DNA from: Chloroflexota bacterium
GTDB lineage: Bacteria > Chloroflexota > UBA11872 > VXOZ01
Assembly: GCA_964291655.2 (NCBI GenBank)
Contig: OZ219802.1
Span: forward strand, 896,001-960,000
DNA length: 64,000 bases
Direction of reading: 5' to 3'
Positions 29,753-40,412 of this stretch are shown piece by piece (position 1 is the first letter of the stretch; each line of letters begins with the position of its first letter). A model generated the notes under the pieces. It was not told where the DNA came from, searched no databases, and was given only the letters and a program-made list of their open reading frames with translations. Made by a program: the position numbers and the translations under genes.

Positions 29753-30039
29753 TGCGTTTCCTCCCACACATTGTGCTCCAGTGGTCCTTCAACAGACTGA
29801 GCGTGTCCCACGACAACGCGCGCCGTCTACGTGGGGTTAAGCGTCGCTGCGGTGTCCTTCGGAACCATACCTCCCTTCCTCTAGCGCGAAGGGTACCGCC
29901 AATGGGCAAACTACTCAGTTGTCTTTTACCACCATACGAAGTATATGTCTAGCATACACCCGGTGACATACGCTGAAGGTCTGCGCGGGCAGGGACGGAA
30001 CCACAGTTGGCGTTCCGCTACGTGCCAAGGAAAGAAAAG

Positions 30040-30828
30040 CTAGAGAATTTGGGAAAGGAAGCGCCGCACGCGCTCATGGCGCGGATTGTTGAAGAATTCA
30101 TCCGGGGGAAGGTCTTCGACGATCTGGCCTTCATCGAACATAACGATCCGGTCGGCAACCTCGCGGGCAAAGCCCAACTCATGGGTAATCGCCACAATCG
30201 TCATTTGGTGCGAAGCAGCCAGTTCTTTCATGACTTCCAGGACTTCCTTGATCATCTCCGGGTCAAGCGCAGACGTAGGCTCATCGAAGAGCATGATTTT
30301 CGGGTTCATGGCCAACGCGCGGGCGATGGCGACGCGCTGCTGCTGTCCGCCGGAGAGTTCACCTGGATACTTTTCGGCTTGCTCCGGGATACCCACGCGC
30401 TCCAGAAGCTGCCGCGCGCTGGCCTCCGCATCATCCACTGGGGTTTTGCGCACTTTCGTCGGCGCTAGGGTGATGTTACGCAAGACCGACAGATGGGGAA
30501 AAAGGTTGAACGATTGAAACACCATGCCCACTTCGCGGCGGATGGCGTCGATGTTGCGCACGTCATCGGTCATCTCGACACCGTCCACGATGATGTCGCC
30601 GCGCTGGTGCTGCTCCAGGCGATTGATCGTGCGAATGAAGGTAGACTTGCCCGAGCCGGACGGGCCGATGACAACCACCACTTCACCCCGACCGATGGTC
30701 GTGGTCACGCCGCGCAGCGCATGAAAGTCGCCGAACCACTTATGCACGTCGCGGGCTACAATGATGTTGTCCTGTTCAGGAGCCTGCTCTGCTGCTACCG
30801 CTGTTTCTGTTGCCACGTCTACCTCCAT
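30040..30828 (-). CDS. aapP: General L-amino acid ABC transporter ATP-binding protein
   Basis: GPSGSGKST, LSGGQQQRV and FDEPTSALDPE. Confidence 0.9.
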   Translation of the reverse strand: MEVDVATETAVAAEQAPEQDNIIVARDVHKWFGDFHALRGVTTTIGRGEVVVVIGPSGSGKSTFIRTINRLEQHQRGDIIVDGVEMTDDVRNIDAIRREVGMVFQSFNLFPHLSVLRNITLAPTKVRKTPVDDAEASARQLLERVGIPEQAEKYPGELSGGQQQRVAIARALAMNPKIMLFDEPTSALDPEMIKEVLEVMKELAASHQMTIVAITHELGFAREVADRIVMFDEGQIVEDLPPDEFFNNPRHERVRRFLSQIL

Positions 30829-30891
30829 AGGGCTTTGGCGTCCCGCCGCAATCAATCAGCAATTCTCGTTTTTCGTCGCATCGAACGCAGC

Positions 30892-32130
30892 CTAACGTCG
30901 GCCGACGCCGAGGTGCCGCTCCACCCGGCGGCTTACATACGACATCGTGTAGGTAAAGACCCAGAACACTGCCGCCACGAAGATGAAGAGTTCTCTAGCA
31001 TTGTCGGCGAATTGCACGTTGCCCTGCACGATGGAGCGTCCCATCTCCAAGATATCCAGCATACCGACGATGTAGACCAGACTTGTATCCTTGAAAAGCG
31101 CGATGAATTGTCCCACGATTGCGGGAATCACGTTGCGGATCGCCTGCGGCAACTGAATCAGCATGGTGACTTGCCAGCCCGGCAGGCCCAAGGCTCGCGC
31201 CGCCTCGGCTTGACCCGGATGCAAGCCCTGCAAGCCGCCGCGAATGTTCTCGGCCGTGTACGCCGCCGAGAACAGCGTGATCACAATGGCCGCCCGCGTC
31301 ACGGAGTCTACGGGGAAATTTGCCGGCAAGGCCAGAGGCACCAGCACTTGCGACATGAACAAGAGCGTGATTAACGGCACACCACGAAAGACTTCGATGA
31401 ATACAACACAGAGGACCTTGACCACCGGCAGATTGCTGCGCCGCCCTAGCGCCAGCAATACACCAATCGGAAAAGCAAAGAAGATGCCGGAAACCGCCAG
31501 GATCAGGTTGAGCATCAAGCCGCCCCACTTCCGCGGCGCCACCTCTTCCATGCCGGGGAAACCCGGCAATCCGGTGAGCAATAGTAGCAGGAACACGTAG
31601 ATCGCAATGCCGCCGAGCACGAACGTGCGCGGTTTCGCGGTTCTTGGATGGCTGCCCAAGCCGTAGCCTAAGCCGATGGTCAGCACGTTAGCCAGAATAA
31701 GCGCGCGCACCCACCAGGGCATGATCACGCCCTCATGGAACAATCCGTAGGGCAGAACTCCCAGCAACACAGTAACCGCGCCGTAGCCAATGGCTATGCG
31801 CCGCGCGGCACCACCCCACATGGCGGCGGCCATGCCGAAGAGGATAGAAACCAGTAGCCAGCCTGTTAGAGGGCGCCAAGCGAGTTCCGTGGGGTAAAGG
31901 CCGATAAGGTACTGCTGCGGTCGGCTGGCAATAAGCGTCCAGTCCGCGGTGCCAAATAGCCAACCCAACATACGCCAAGCGGCCCAGAGAATTACTGGCA
32001 CGGTGACGACAGTCACCAAGCCACTGAGCCAGTTGCCAAATAAGTTGGCGCGCGCCCAACCGATCCAGCCAGTTTCTGTACGTGGCGGCGGCAGTGAAGG
32101 CGCCGGTTGCCACGTTTCCGCAGTAGCCAT
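30892..32130 (-). CDS. aapM: Amino acid ABC transporter permease
   Basis: WARANLF, WGGLMLN, RGVPLITLLF, EAA loop and LFKDTSLV. Confidence 0.88.
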   Translation of the reverse strand: MATAETWQPAPSLPPPRTETGWIGWARANLFGNWLSGLVTVVTVPVILWAAWRMLGWLFGTADWTLIASRPQQYLIGLYPTELAWRPLTGWLLVSILFGMAAAMWGGAARRIAIGYGAVTVLLGVLPYGLFHEGVIMPWWVRALILANVLTIGLGYGLGSHPRTAKPRTFVLGGIAIYVFLLLLLTGLPGFPGMEEVAPRKWGGLMLNLILAVSGIFFAFPIGVLLALGRRSNLPVVKVLCVVFIEVFRGVPLITLLFMSQVLVPLALPANFPVDSVTRAAIVITLFSAAYTAENIRGGLQGLHPGQAEAARALGLPGWQVTMLIQLPQAIRNVIPAIVGQFIALFKDTSLVYIVGMLDILEMGRSIVQGNVQFADNARELFIFVAAVFWVFTYTMSYVSRRVERHLGVGRR

Positions 32131-32137
32131 TATCCGA

Positions 32138-33331
32138 CTAGCCTCCCGTGAACTGGATGTGCCGGTTGTAGAGATTGCCGATCAGGGAGTACGTGAGACT
32201 GTACAGCAAGTAGATGCCCATGATAATCAAGAAGATGGTGACCGCCGGCGCAGTCTGAGTCATAGTCTTGGCGACGCTGGTCAAGTCTGCGTACCCGATA
32301 GCAAGCGCAAGACTGCTGTTCTTCGTTAGATTGAGATACTGGCTGATGAGGGGTGGAACGATGACACGCAACGCTTGGGGGAAGGTCACAAAGCGCAGCG
32401 TCTGCATCGTGCCCAAACCCAAAGAGCGGGATGCCTCGCTCTGACCCCGCGACACGGATTGCAGACCGCCGCGGACAATCTCCGCAATGAAGGCCGCCGT
32501 GTAGATGATCAGACCCAACAGCAAAGCCGTCAACTCAATGGATATGGTGTAGCCGCCCACAGGGTGACCGAAGCGGCCCTCAGGGTGCGGCACGCTCATG
32601 ACATAGGGGGCATCGCCAATCGCGACCCACACCAGCCAGGCTACGCATGATCCCGCGATGAAAACGCCGCTCGCTCCCAGCCAGGGATACGACGGACGGC
32701 CGGTGCGCTCCTCGCGGCGCTCCAGGAGTATTTTGGTTACGATCCCCACCACCACGGCCAATACGACACAGAGCAACCAGAGCCCCGGTTGCTGCTGCCC
32801 CTCCGGCCACGGAAACGACAGCCCGGCATTATTGTTGAGGTAGAAAGCTTCGAACAAGACTAACCCGCCCTGCTGAACCGATGGCAGCCCCAGCAGCAAG
32901 ATGTACCAAAAGAACAACTGCACCAGTAAGGGCACGTTGCGGAAGACTTCCACGAATACCGTGGCTACTTTGCCAATTACCCAGTTGCCGGATAGCTGCA
33001 ACGCGCCCACGATGATTCCCAGGGTCGTAGCGAGGATGACGCCCACCACAGAAACCATGAGGGTGTTGGCCGCGGCAACGAGAAAGGCGTAAGCAAAGGT
33101 ATCGCTCTCTTGATAGGGCAGCAGGTGCTCGCTAATAGGAGTGGAGTACTCCCGATTGAGGAAAGAAAAGCCAAAGGGAATGTCACGCTGCACCATCGCG
33201 GTCGTGACATTGGAAAAGAAGAATGCGACCGCCGCCACGACCAGGATGCCCGACACGATCTGCGCCGTCCAACTCAAGACGCGGGAGTGCCGCCAAATAG
33301 GAATGCCTTGGTATGTCAACGAAAGTCGCAC
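32138..33331 (-). CDS. aapQ: Amino acid ABC transporter permease
   Basis: GFSFL, RNVPLLVQLFFWY, AEIVRGG and LNLTKNSSLA. Confidence 0.88.
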   Translation of the reverse strand: MRLSLTYQGIPIWRHSRVLSWTAQIVSGILVVAAVAFFFSNVTTAMVQRDIPFGFSFLNREYSTPISEHLLPYQESDTFAYAFLVAAANTLMVSVVGVILATTLGIIVGALQLSGNWVIGKVATVFVEVFRNVPLLVQLFFWYILLLGLPSVQQGGLVLFEAFYLNNNAGLSFPWPEGQQQPGLWLLCVVLAVVVGIVTKILLERREERTGRPSYPWLGASGVFIAGSCVAWLVWVAIGDAPYVMSVPHPEGRFGHPVGGYTISIELTALLLGLIIYTAAFIAEIVRGGLQSVSRGQSEASRSLGLGTMQTLRFVTFPQALRVIVPPLISQYLNLTKNSSLALAIGYADLTSVAKTMTQTAPAVTIFLIIMGIYLLYSLTYSLIGNLYNRHIQFTGG

Positions 33332-33407
33332 CGGCTTTAGTTCCTAGCGCTTACACTATTGGCGATTCATGCTGACAGCAGTATACACCAATTCGTTCGC
33401 AGAGCCA

Positions 33408-34544
33408 TTAACGCAGCGGCTGAGAGTAAATCTGCCCGCCCTTGGGGCAATCAGCACACGGCGCATTTGACCACAGCGCGTTGCGGGAGCCTTCTCGCGG
33501 CAAGTCTATGCCAGTACCAGGCCCCAAATTGCGGTCGTATATCTCACCGTAATTGCCCACCAACTTGATTACGGTTTGACCCACGGTCTGTTCGAGGCCA
33601 AGTTCTTCCTGCCCGAATGAACCCTCTGTTCCCAGCAAACGCTTTGCTTTCACGTTGTCGCCAGCGGCGACTTCGTCCACATTAACGGAGTTGATGCCGT
33701 AAGCCTCGGCGTAGATCAGGATACCCATCACGGCCTTTACGAGGTCGAACCACTGCTCGTCGCCGTGGGGCACCATGGGTCCAAGCGGTTCTTCGGAAAT
33801 CGTCTCAGGCAGAATGATGTGTTCTTCGGGAGTTTCAAGCGAACTGCGCAGCGCCGTCAGCGCCGACCGGTCGGTAGTGAACACCTCGCAGGCCCCGCTC
33901 TTGTAGGCCTCGAAAGCCACCTGCGCCTCTTCGAATGTCTTGGGACTATACTCCATCCCGTTCTGGCGGAAGAAATCGGCCATGTTGAGCTCAGAGGTCG
34001 TACCGGTATTCACGCAGACGGCCGCACCGGCCAACTGGTACGCGCTTGTTACTCCCAGGCTCTTGGGTACCATGAAGCCTTGACCGTCATAGAACATCGT
34101 TTGCACGAAATTGCCCCAATTGGCGTCGCGGGACGTGGTCCACGTGGTGACATACACGAGTAAGTCCACCTCGCCCGATTGCATCACAGGTCCACGCTCA
34201 GCAGCCGTTATGAGACGGATTTCGACGGCATCGGGATCGCCAAGCACTGCCGCCGCGACGGCGCGGCAGAGATCGATGTCAAAACCAACATTGTTACCGG
34301 CTTCGTCCAAATAGCCAAACCTCGGCGTGTCGTTGAGGCTGGCGCAAATGAGACGACCCCGCTCTTGCACTGATTCAAGCCGCGAACTTACCGCCGGCGG
34401 AGCCACGGTAGCGGCCTCGGTATCAGCAGCCGCCTCCTCGAGTGCCGGTTCGGCAGTGGTGGCGCATGCCGCACCCAGGAGCAGTGCGAATGCCAGCGCT
34501 AATCCGGCTGCTAGCTTTCTTGCCAAACTCCCACGTCCACTCAT
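33408..34544 (-). CDS. aapJ: Amino acid ABC transporter substrate-binding lipoprotein (copy 2)
   Basis: GFDIDLCRAVAAA, FYDGQGFMV and VGNYGEIY; lipobox. Confidence 0.88.
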   Translation of the reverse strand: MSGRGSLARKLAAGLALAFALLLGAACATTAEPALEEAAADTEAATVAPPAVSSRLESVQERGRLICASLNDTPRFGYLDEAGNNVGFDIDLCRAVAAAVLGDPDAVEIRLITAAERGPVMQSGEVDLLVYVTTWTTSRDANWGNFVQTMFYDGQGFMVPKSLGVTSAYQLAGAAVCVNTGTTSELNMADFFRQNGMEYSPKTFEEAQVAFEAYKSGACEVFTTDRSALTALRSSLETPEEHIILPETISEEPLGPMVPHGDEQWFDLVKAVMGILIYAEAYGINSVNVDEVAAGDNVKAKRLLGTEGSFGQEELGLEQTVGQTVIKLVGNYGEIYDRNLGPGTGIDLPREGSRNALWSNAPCADCPKGGQIYSQPLR

Positions 34545-34732
34545 ATTGCCTCCCCGCTGATAGCAGTATGATTGGTTGGATTCCGGTGATTCACTTGCCT
34601 GGGCATTCTGCCAGCCCCTTTGCACTCGAATGGCTTGCCCCTATTGTAGGCCAAGCGAGCCATCCTTATACCAAAAATCGCGCCGACCCGGAAGAAGTCC
34701 GGGCCGACGCGACAATAGTCAGCGACTACGAA

Positions 34733-35860
34733 TTAGCGCAATGGCTGAGAATAGATCTGGCCGCCCTTCGGGCAGTCAGTGCAAGGCGCATTCGACCACA
34801 AAGCATTGCGGGAGCCTTCACGCGGCAGTTGGACGCCATCGGGGTTGTCCAAGTTGCGCGCATAGATCTCGCCGTAGTTCCCGACCGCCTTGATGATGGT
34901 CTGACCCACGTTCTGATCAAGACCTAGCTCTTCCTGACCGAATGAACCCTCAGTACCGAGCAAGCGCTTCGCCTTGACGTTCTCGCCAACGGCCATGTCA
35001 TCAACGTTGGTGGAGTTGATGCCATACGCCTCGGCATAGATCAGGAGGCCCATCACGGTCTTCACAAGGTCGAACCACTGCTCGTCACCATGCGGCACCA
35101 CCGGTCCTAGCGGCTCCTCGGAAATCGTCTCCGGCAGAATGACATGGTCGTCCGGATTCGGCAGAGCCGTTCTCAGTGCGGCAAGCTGCGAGCGGTCATT
35201 CGTAAAGACCTCGCAGGCGCCACTCTTGTACGCTTCCAAGACCACGTCCGTATCTTCGTAGACCTTCGGGTTGTACTCCAAGTTGTTCTGGCGGAAGAAG
35301 TCAGCCATATTCAACTCGGTAGTCGTACCACTGGTCACGCAGACTGCAGCGCCGGCCAATTCCAGCGCGCTTGTGACGCCGAGGCTCTTGGGAACCATGA
35401 AGCCCTGGCCGTCGTAGAACATCGTCTGGGCGTAGTTGCCCCAGGCGGCGTCACGAGAAGTCGTCCACGTCACGGTACGCACCAGCAAGTCAACTTCGCC
35501 TGACTGAATGGTAGGCCCACGCTCAGCGGCCGTAATCAACCGGATTTCGAACGCATCCGGATCACCCAGCACGGCTGCGGCAACTGCGCGGCACAAGTCG
35601 ATGTCGAAGCCAACGTTATTGCCGTCCGCGTCTACGGAACCGTAGCCGGGCACGTCATTGCGGCTGGCGCAGATGACATGGCCCCGTTCACGCACGGTGT
35701 CCAGCCGCGAAGTCATGGCCGGCGCCTCATCCATCTTGGTCTGGGTCTCGGCATCTGCTGCCGTTGCTCCCGTACTCGCCTGGTCGTCAGCGCATGCCAC
35801 GCTGAAAAGCAGCGCGACCATCACGCTAAGAGCGATTAGGAGCTTACTAACCTGTCTCAT
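34733..35860 (-). CDS. aapJ: Amino acid ABC transporter substrate-binding lipoprotein (copy 1)
   Basis: Same motifs as copy 2; lipobox SVAC; GGAGG RBS. Confidence 0.88.
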   Translation of the reverse strand: MRQVSKLLIALSVMVALLFSVACADDQASTGATAADAETQTKMDEAPAMTSRLDTVRERGHVICASRNDVPGYGSVDADGNNVGFDIDLCRAVAAAVLGDPDAFEIRLITAAERGPTIQSGEVDLLVRTVTWTTSRDAAWGNYAQTMFYDGQGFMVPKSLGVTSALELAGAAVCVTSGTTTELNMADFFRQNNLEYNPKVYEDTDVVLEAYKSGACEVFTNDRSQLAALRTALPNPDDHVILPETISEEPLGPVVPHGDEQWFDLVKTVMGLLIYAEAYGINSTNVDDMAVGENVKAKRLLGTEGSFGQEELGLDQNVGQTIIKAVGNYGEIYARNLDNPDGVQLPREGSRNALWSNAPCTDCPKGGQIYSQPLR

Positions 35861-36089
35861 CTTCTTTCCTCCCTCATAGCACTTCTTCGTGCTTCGATAT
35901 TGCGAACCATTATATTGACCACACTGTCCTTTTGCAACTAAGATAACTGCCCCAATTGCATCGACTTGCCGCCAGCATCTAGCCTCATTGCCAAGCACAG
36001 CTTGACTTGCAGGCATAAAGAGATTTTTCTGGGCCTCCTTTCAATCGCAAATCACGTAACTGCGGTGCCGGAACAACTCGAATCTAGGG

Positions 36090-37031
36090 CTAGCCAACTA
36101 CCAAGGACTGCTGTGCAATCACGCGCTCTGCTTCGCGAACCGAGCGATCATGGTATTCCTGCCAGTTCTCAAGGCCGTATACGCTTTTCATGCGGGAGAT
36201 CGGCCAGGCGTCATCATTGGATTCCACCATAAACACGCCATCATCTCGCGTGCCGACAATCGTAACTCTATTACCAAAGTCCGTTTGCATCTGGCGAATC
36301 TGTTGGTATTGCATATCGTAATGGAACACCTCAGCCTCGAGGTCTACGGTGCTGTGGGCCACGTGCACGCCCAAGCCGCTGGCGGCGACTTCGTCACCGA
36401 GTTTATTGATGATACGGGAACGTCCACCGCTCACCGAAGACGCGATGATGTAACTGTGCAGCCAAGCATACGCGCGCAGCCGCAAGCCGCCGTCGCACAT
36501 ACTGGGGAAGACCACAAGCTCGGCCCCTGCCTCTCCAATGCGCGCCCACTCATCCGGGTAATCTACGTCGAAACAAATCAGCATACCCAGCTTGCCGAAG
36601 TCTGTCTCGAACACCGGCACGTCGGCATAGACACCAGGCACTGTGCCTGCTTCGAGTTCTCCCAACGTGGGGTGGATCTTGTCATATTGACCCACGATTT
36701 CACCCTGGCGGCCAAAGAGCACGCTGGTGTTTATGCGAGTATTGCCGCGCACCTCACACATGCCCGCCACCACGTACATGCCGTGTTGGCGCGCTTTCTC
36801 GGCGAAGAGGTCTGAAGTTGGGCCGGGAATTGGCTCCCAAATCTTGGCGCGTTCTTCCTCATCTTGCGGCAAGCCCAAAAGGGTAAACTCCTCCGGCAAG
36901 CACGCCAGATCGGCACCCAGGCCGCCCATTTGATCGAGCAGTTCGACCGCCAATTCATGATTTGCGGCAATCGTAGGGCGTCCGCCTATGTGGCCGACAC
37001 AGGCAGTGGCTACTAAGGCTTTGCGCGGCAT
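36090..37031 (-). CDS. Carbon-nitrogen hydrolase (nitrilase superfamily)
   Basis: E-K-C triad: LPEE, YDKIH and LICFD. Confidence 0.9.
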   Translation of the reverse strand: MPRKALVATACVGHIGGRPTIAANHELAVELLDQMGGLGADLACLPEEFTLLGLPQDEEERAKIWEPIPGPTSDLFAEKARQHGMYVVAGMCEVRGNTRINTSVLFGRQGEIVGQYDKIHPTLGELEAGTVPGVYADVPVFETDFGKLGMLICFDVDYPDEWARIGEAGAELVVFPSMCDGGLRLRAYAWLHSYIIASSVSGGRSRIINKLGDEVAASGLGVHVAHSTVDLEAEVFHYDMQYQQIRQMQTDFGNRVTIVGTRDDGVFMVESNDDAWPISRMKSVYGLENWQEYHDRSVREAERVIAQQSLVVG

Positions 37032-37350
37032 AATCTGCACTCCTGTGAAAAACACTATCTGGAATGAGCGTGTTACTTGCCCTTGAGTATACTCTATTGA
37101 AGTTAGTATAGACCAGTTAACTATTTGCACGCAGAGTAAATAGCAACCGGGACAACATGATTGTGAATGATACAATTCGCCGGGCAGCCAAAGTGCCAGC
37201 CACCATATGTGCCCGGCATGCGGCTCGCCTATGTCGTGGAACGCATTGTGAAACATGCCTTCCGTCTAGTATTGTAAGAAAGAAGGGGATTGGCCGTCAG
37301 ATTCTCCAAGGATACGTGCGAACTCCGTACCGCTAGAGCTGAATGAGCAC

Positions 37351-38817
37351 GTGGGCTTCACCATTCTACATACCAACGACCTGCATGGCTTTGTGCGCTC
37401 CACGCCGCGTTTGGCGCAGAGCGTGCGGGACAAGCGCGCGCAAATCGACAATGTGCTTTTTGTAGACGTTGGCGACTACTTCCGGCTCAAGCGCCACCGG
37501 CGGCCACAAGATGACGATCGCGTCACCGCCTGGACGCTGCGGACACTTGAGTACGATGTTGTAACGCCGGGGAATGCCGAACTCTCACGCTTCGATCCCT
37601 GGCACTTGGACTTCCTGATTGCCCAAAACTGCGGCACGATGCTCTGCACCAGCGGTTTCAACGCGCGTCTCCCGGCCTCGTGCCGTCCCTATCGCGTGCT
37701 TACGCTGGATGGTATTCGAGTCTTGTTCATCGGTGTCTGCACGGAAGACAGCCACTGGGACCTATCAACGCCTGCGAACAATTTCTACCCTTCCGCACGG
37801 CGGTCGGCGGCAAAGACGGCAAGCCTGGTCAACGCTTACCGCGACCGGGTTGACATGGTCATCGTGCTCTCGCATTCCGGCATGGCGCAGGACATCCTGC
37901 TCGCTGAGTTGATACCGGAGATCGATCTCATTCTCAGCGGCCACTGCCACCACCCGACACTGCGACCGATATGCGTTGGCAAGACGAAGATTGTACAGGC
38001 CGGCCTTAACGGTATGTTTCTCGGCCAGGTGGACATCACCCCAACGGATGGCAACCCGCTCATCGAGTCCACCCTGCACACCATAGATGCGACGACCCCG
38101 GAAGACCCGGTAATGGAACGACTGCTCCGCCTACAAGGCCGGCGGAGTGATCCGGAAAAGCTGCGCATAATCGGTACTGCTGGAGAAAACGTGGGCCAGG
38201 GCTACTTATCAAGCAATGGGCTGGGTAACACCGTTACAGACATTTGGCGGGAAGCAACAGGCGCCGACATCGCCTGGACGAAAGCGACCTTCATCACTCC
38301 TCTCTTCGCCCCCGGCCATGCGCTTACGAGTTGGGATATCCAGCTCTGCGTCAGAGGATTTCCCTTATCGAAAATGCTCACCCTGACAGGCAGTCAGGTT
38401 CAGCAAGCCGTCGAACACAGCGTTGCGGATCAATCCTATGCCTTCCTGCCGCCGGATCGCCGCGATGAGCTGGTGACACAACTTGAATCTGCCTCGGCAC
38501 TGCCGGGGTGCAACTTTCTCCACCAATCGGGCATGCAGGTGCAGGTTGACTTGACGAAGCCGACCGGTGAGCGCGTGCGGGAAATCCGCGTGGACGATCA
38601 GCCGTTGCTACCTGAAGCTACGTACCGGGTAGCAATGGATGCCTTCCACGCCAGAGGCGGCTCGGCATTCACCATGCTCAAGGATGCCCGCAGCAGAGAG
38701 GACCTGAGCTTGGATAACCCTGTGGAGGCCTACGTGCGCGAGAAGGGGGTACTGGAGGGCACTCTTGACGAGCGGTACAGTATCACCGGGGCCACAGCCC
38801 TGGCTGCATCGGTTTAA
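37351..38817 (+). CDS. 5'-nucleotidase/UshA-like metallophosphoesterase, cytoplasmic
   Basis: HTNDLHG, DVGD, LSHSG, SGHCH and a 5'-NT C-terminal domain; GNAE in place of GNHE; no signal peptide. Confidence 0.82.
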   Translation: MGFTILHTNDLHGFVRSTPRLAQSVRDKRAQIDNVLFVDVGDYFRLKRHRRPQDDDRVTAWTLRTLEYDVVTPGNAELSRFDPWHLDFLIAQNCGTMLCTSGFNARLPASCRPYRVLTLDGIRVLFIGVCTEDSHWDLSTPANNFYPSARRSAAKTASLVNAYRDRVDMVIVLSHSGMAQDILLAELIPEIDLILSGHCHHPTLRPICVGKTKIVQAGLNGMFLGQVDITPTDGNPLIESTLHTIDATTPEDPVMERLLRLQGRRSDPEKLRIIGTAGENVGQGYLSSNGLGNTVTDIWREATGADIAWTKATFITPLFAPGHALTSWDIQLCVRGFPLSKMLTLTGSQVQQAVEHSVADQSYAFLPPDRRDELVTQLESASALPGCNFLHQSGMQVQVDLTKPTGERVREIRVDDQPLLPEATYRVAMDAFHARGGSAFTMLKDARSREDLSLDNPVEAYVREKGVLEGTLDERYSITGATALAASV

Positions 38818-38841
38818 CCACAGCATGAATGCCACGCACAC

Positions 38842-39738
38842 GTGATTCGCGCGCTAGTTTCACTTTCCGCCCTCGGGATAATTGCCGTTGGCGCCTACGG
38901 CTACTTTATAGAGCCCTACCGGCTGCGCGTGCGGCGAATCCGCCTGCCGATACCATCCCTCAATTCACCGGACGCCGCTGTTCGCATTCTCCACATTACC
39001 GATCTGCACATGCGCGCCGGAGACAAACGACGCGTACGCATGCTTCAGCAGCTCGCGCGCCTGGAACCCGACCTCCTTCTACTAACCGGCGACCTCATCC
39101 ATGGAGGACGTGACCCTGACGCCGAGATTGAGACAGTTCTCGAAGCGCTCGCGCCCATCCGGGCTCGCCATGGGGCCTTTGCCGTGCTAGGAAACCACGA
39201 CCACGTACACCGCCATCGCATCAAGAGTTGGTTCGGGCAGCCACACCGCTTTCACGATACGACCAAGCTCGTCCACACGCTCGAATCCCAGCAAGTCCAC
39301 GTGCTCACGAATGCGCATGCCAACGTTACCGTAAACGGTCAGCCACTAACCCTCGTTGGCGTCGACGACCCCTTCACCTGGCTGGACGACATCCGGCGCG
39401 CGACGAACGGTGCGCCCGACGACACCACACGTCTGCTGCTCGCCCACACCCCCGACATTGTTCGCACATTGCACACCGAACGATTCGATCTCATCCTCTG
39501 CGGCCACACGCACGGCGGGCAAGTTCGCTTGGCGGAGAACATTGTCTGGCATACGAACACGCGTGTACCGTTGCCGCGCAACGCCGGTCTGATGCAGGTT
39601 GGGGGCCACCTGATCTACTGCTCTGCCGGAGTTGGCGTTTCCATGCTGCCCATCCGCCTCAACTGTCCGCCCGAGGTAGGTTGGATCGAGCTCGTGGCGG
39701 CAAAGCAGGACGATCCCCACACTTCACTCGCTGTGTAA
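38842..39738 (+). CDS. YkuE/YaeI-like metallophosphoesterase
   Basis: TDLH, TGD, GNHD, LLAH.PD and GHTHGGQ; N-terminal TM. Confidence 0.9.
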   Translation: MIRALVSLSALGIIAVGAYGYFIEPYRLRVRRIRLPIPSLNSPDAAVRILHITDLHMRAGDKRRVRMLQQLARLEPDLLLLTGDLIHGGRDPDAEIETVLEALAPIRARHGAFAVLGNHDHVHRHRIKSWFGQPHRFHDTTKLVHTLESQQVHVLTNAHANVTVNGQPLTLVGVDDPFTWLDDIRRATNGAPDDTTRLLLAHTPDIVRTLHTERFDLILCGHTHGGQVRLAENIVWHTNTRVPLPRNAGLMQVGGHLIYCSAGVGVSMLPIRLNCPPEVGWIELVAAKQDDPHTSLAV

Positions 39739-39745
39739 AGGACTC

Positions 39746-40405
39746 ATGCTCGGCCCTCTCCTGCCTCTCCTTTTCTCCTTTGTTCTACTGCTTCTGCTCG
39801 TCGTCTTGCTTCAAGTCCAAGCAGTCTCACTCGCTTTCGCGAACCTGGGTCTGTCGCCCACGCTGGTCGTCATAATCTTCTACCTCTCTCTCATCGGCAG
39901 TTTCGTCAACATCCCGGTTTCACGGAGAAAGGTACGAATTGAGGGTAAATCCTTGCTGCCCCTGCCCTTCCCGTTTCCGCTCTTCCGCTACCCGCCGCGC
40001 GTGAAAGAACAGGTCCTCGCCATAAACGTAGGTGGCGCGGTGATCCCCGTATTGCTGGCTCTCTATGTCTTGCCCAACGCGCCGTTGGCCAAAGTACTTG
40101 TGGCGACCGCGACGGTGAGTGTCGTGTGTTTCGCGCTCGCGCGTCCGCGAGAGGGCGTTGGCATAACAATTCCCGCGTTGATCCCGCCAATCATTGCCGC
40201 ACTGTTGGCGTACCTTCTCGTATCCGATCCGGCGGGACGCACCGCCGTCGCGTACATCTCCGGCGCAATGGGCACGCTCATCGGTGCAGACATCCTCAAT
40301 CTACCGCGCATCCACCGTCTCGGTGCCCACGTGGTCAGCATTGGCGGGGCGGGGGTCTTTGATGGTATCTTCCTGGTGGGTATTCTGGCAGCAATTCTGA
40401 CGTGA
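39746..40405 (+). CDS. DUF1614-family membrane protein
   Basis: GSFVNIP, AINVGGAVIP, GTLIGAD.LNL and SIGGAGVFDGIFL. Confidence 0.85.
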   Translation: MLGPLLPLLFSFVLLLLLVVLLQVQAVSLAFANLGLSPTLVVIIFYLSLIGSFVNIPVSRRKVRIEGKSLLPLPFPFPLFRYPPRVKEQVLAINVGGAVIPVLLALYVLPNAPLAKVLVATATVSVVCFALARPREGVGITIPALIPPIIAALLAYLLVSDPAGRTAVAYISGAMGTLIGADILNLPRIHRLGAHVVSIGGAGVFDGIFLVGILAAILT

Positions 40406-40412
40406 GGAAGCA

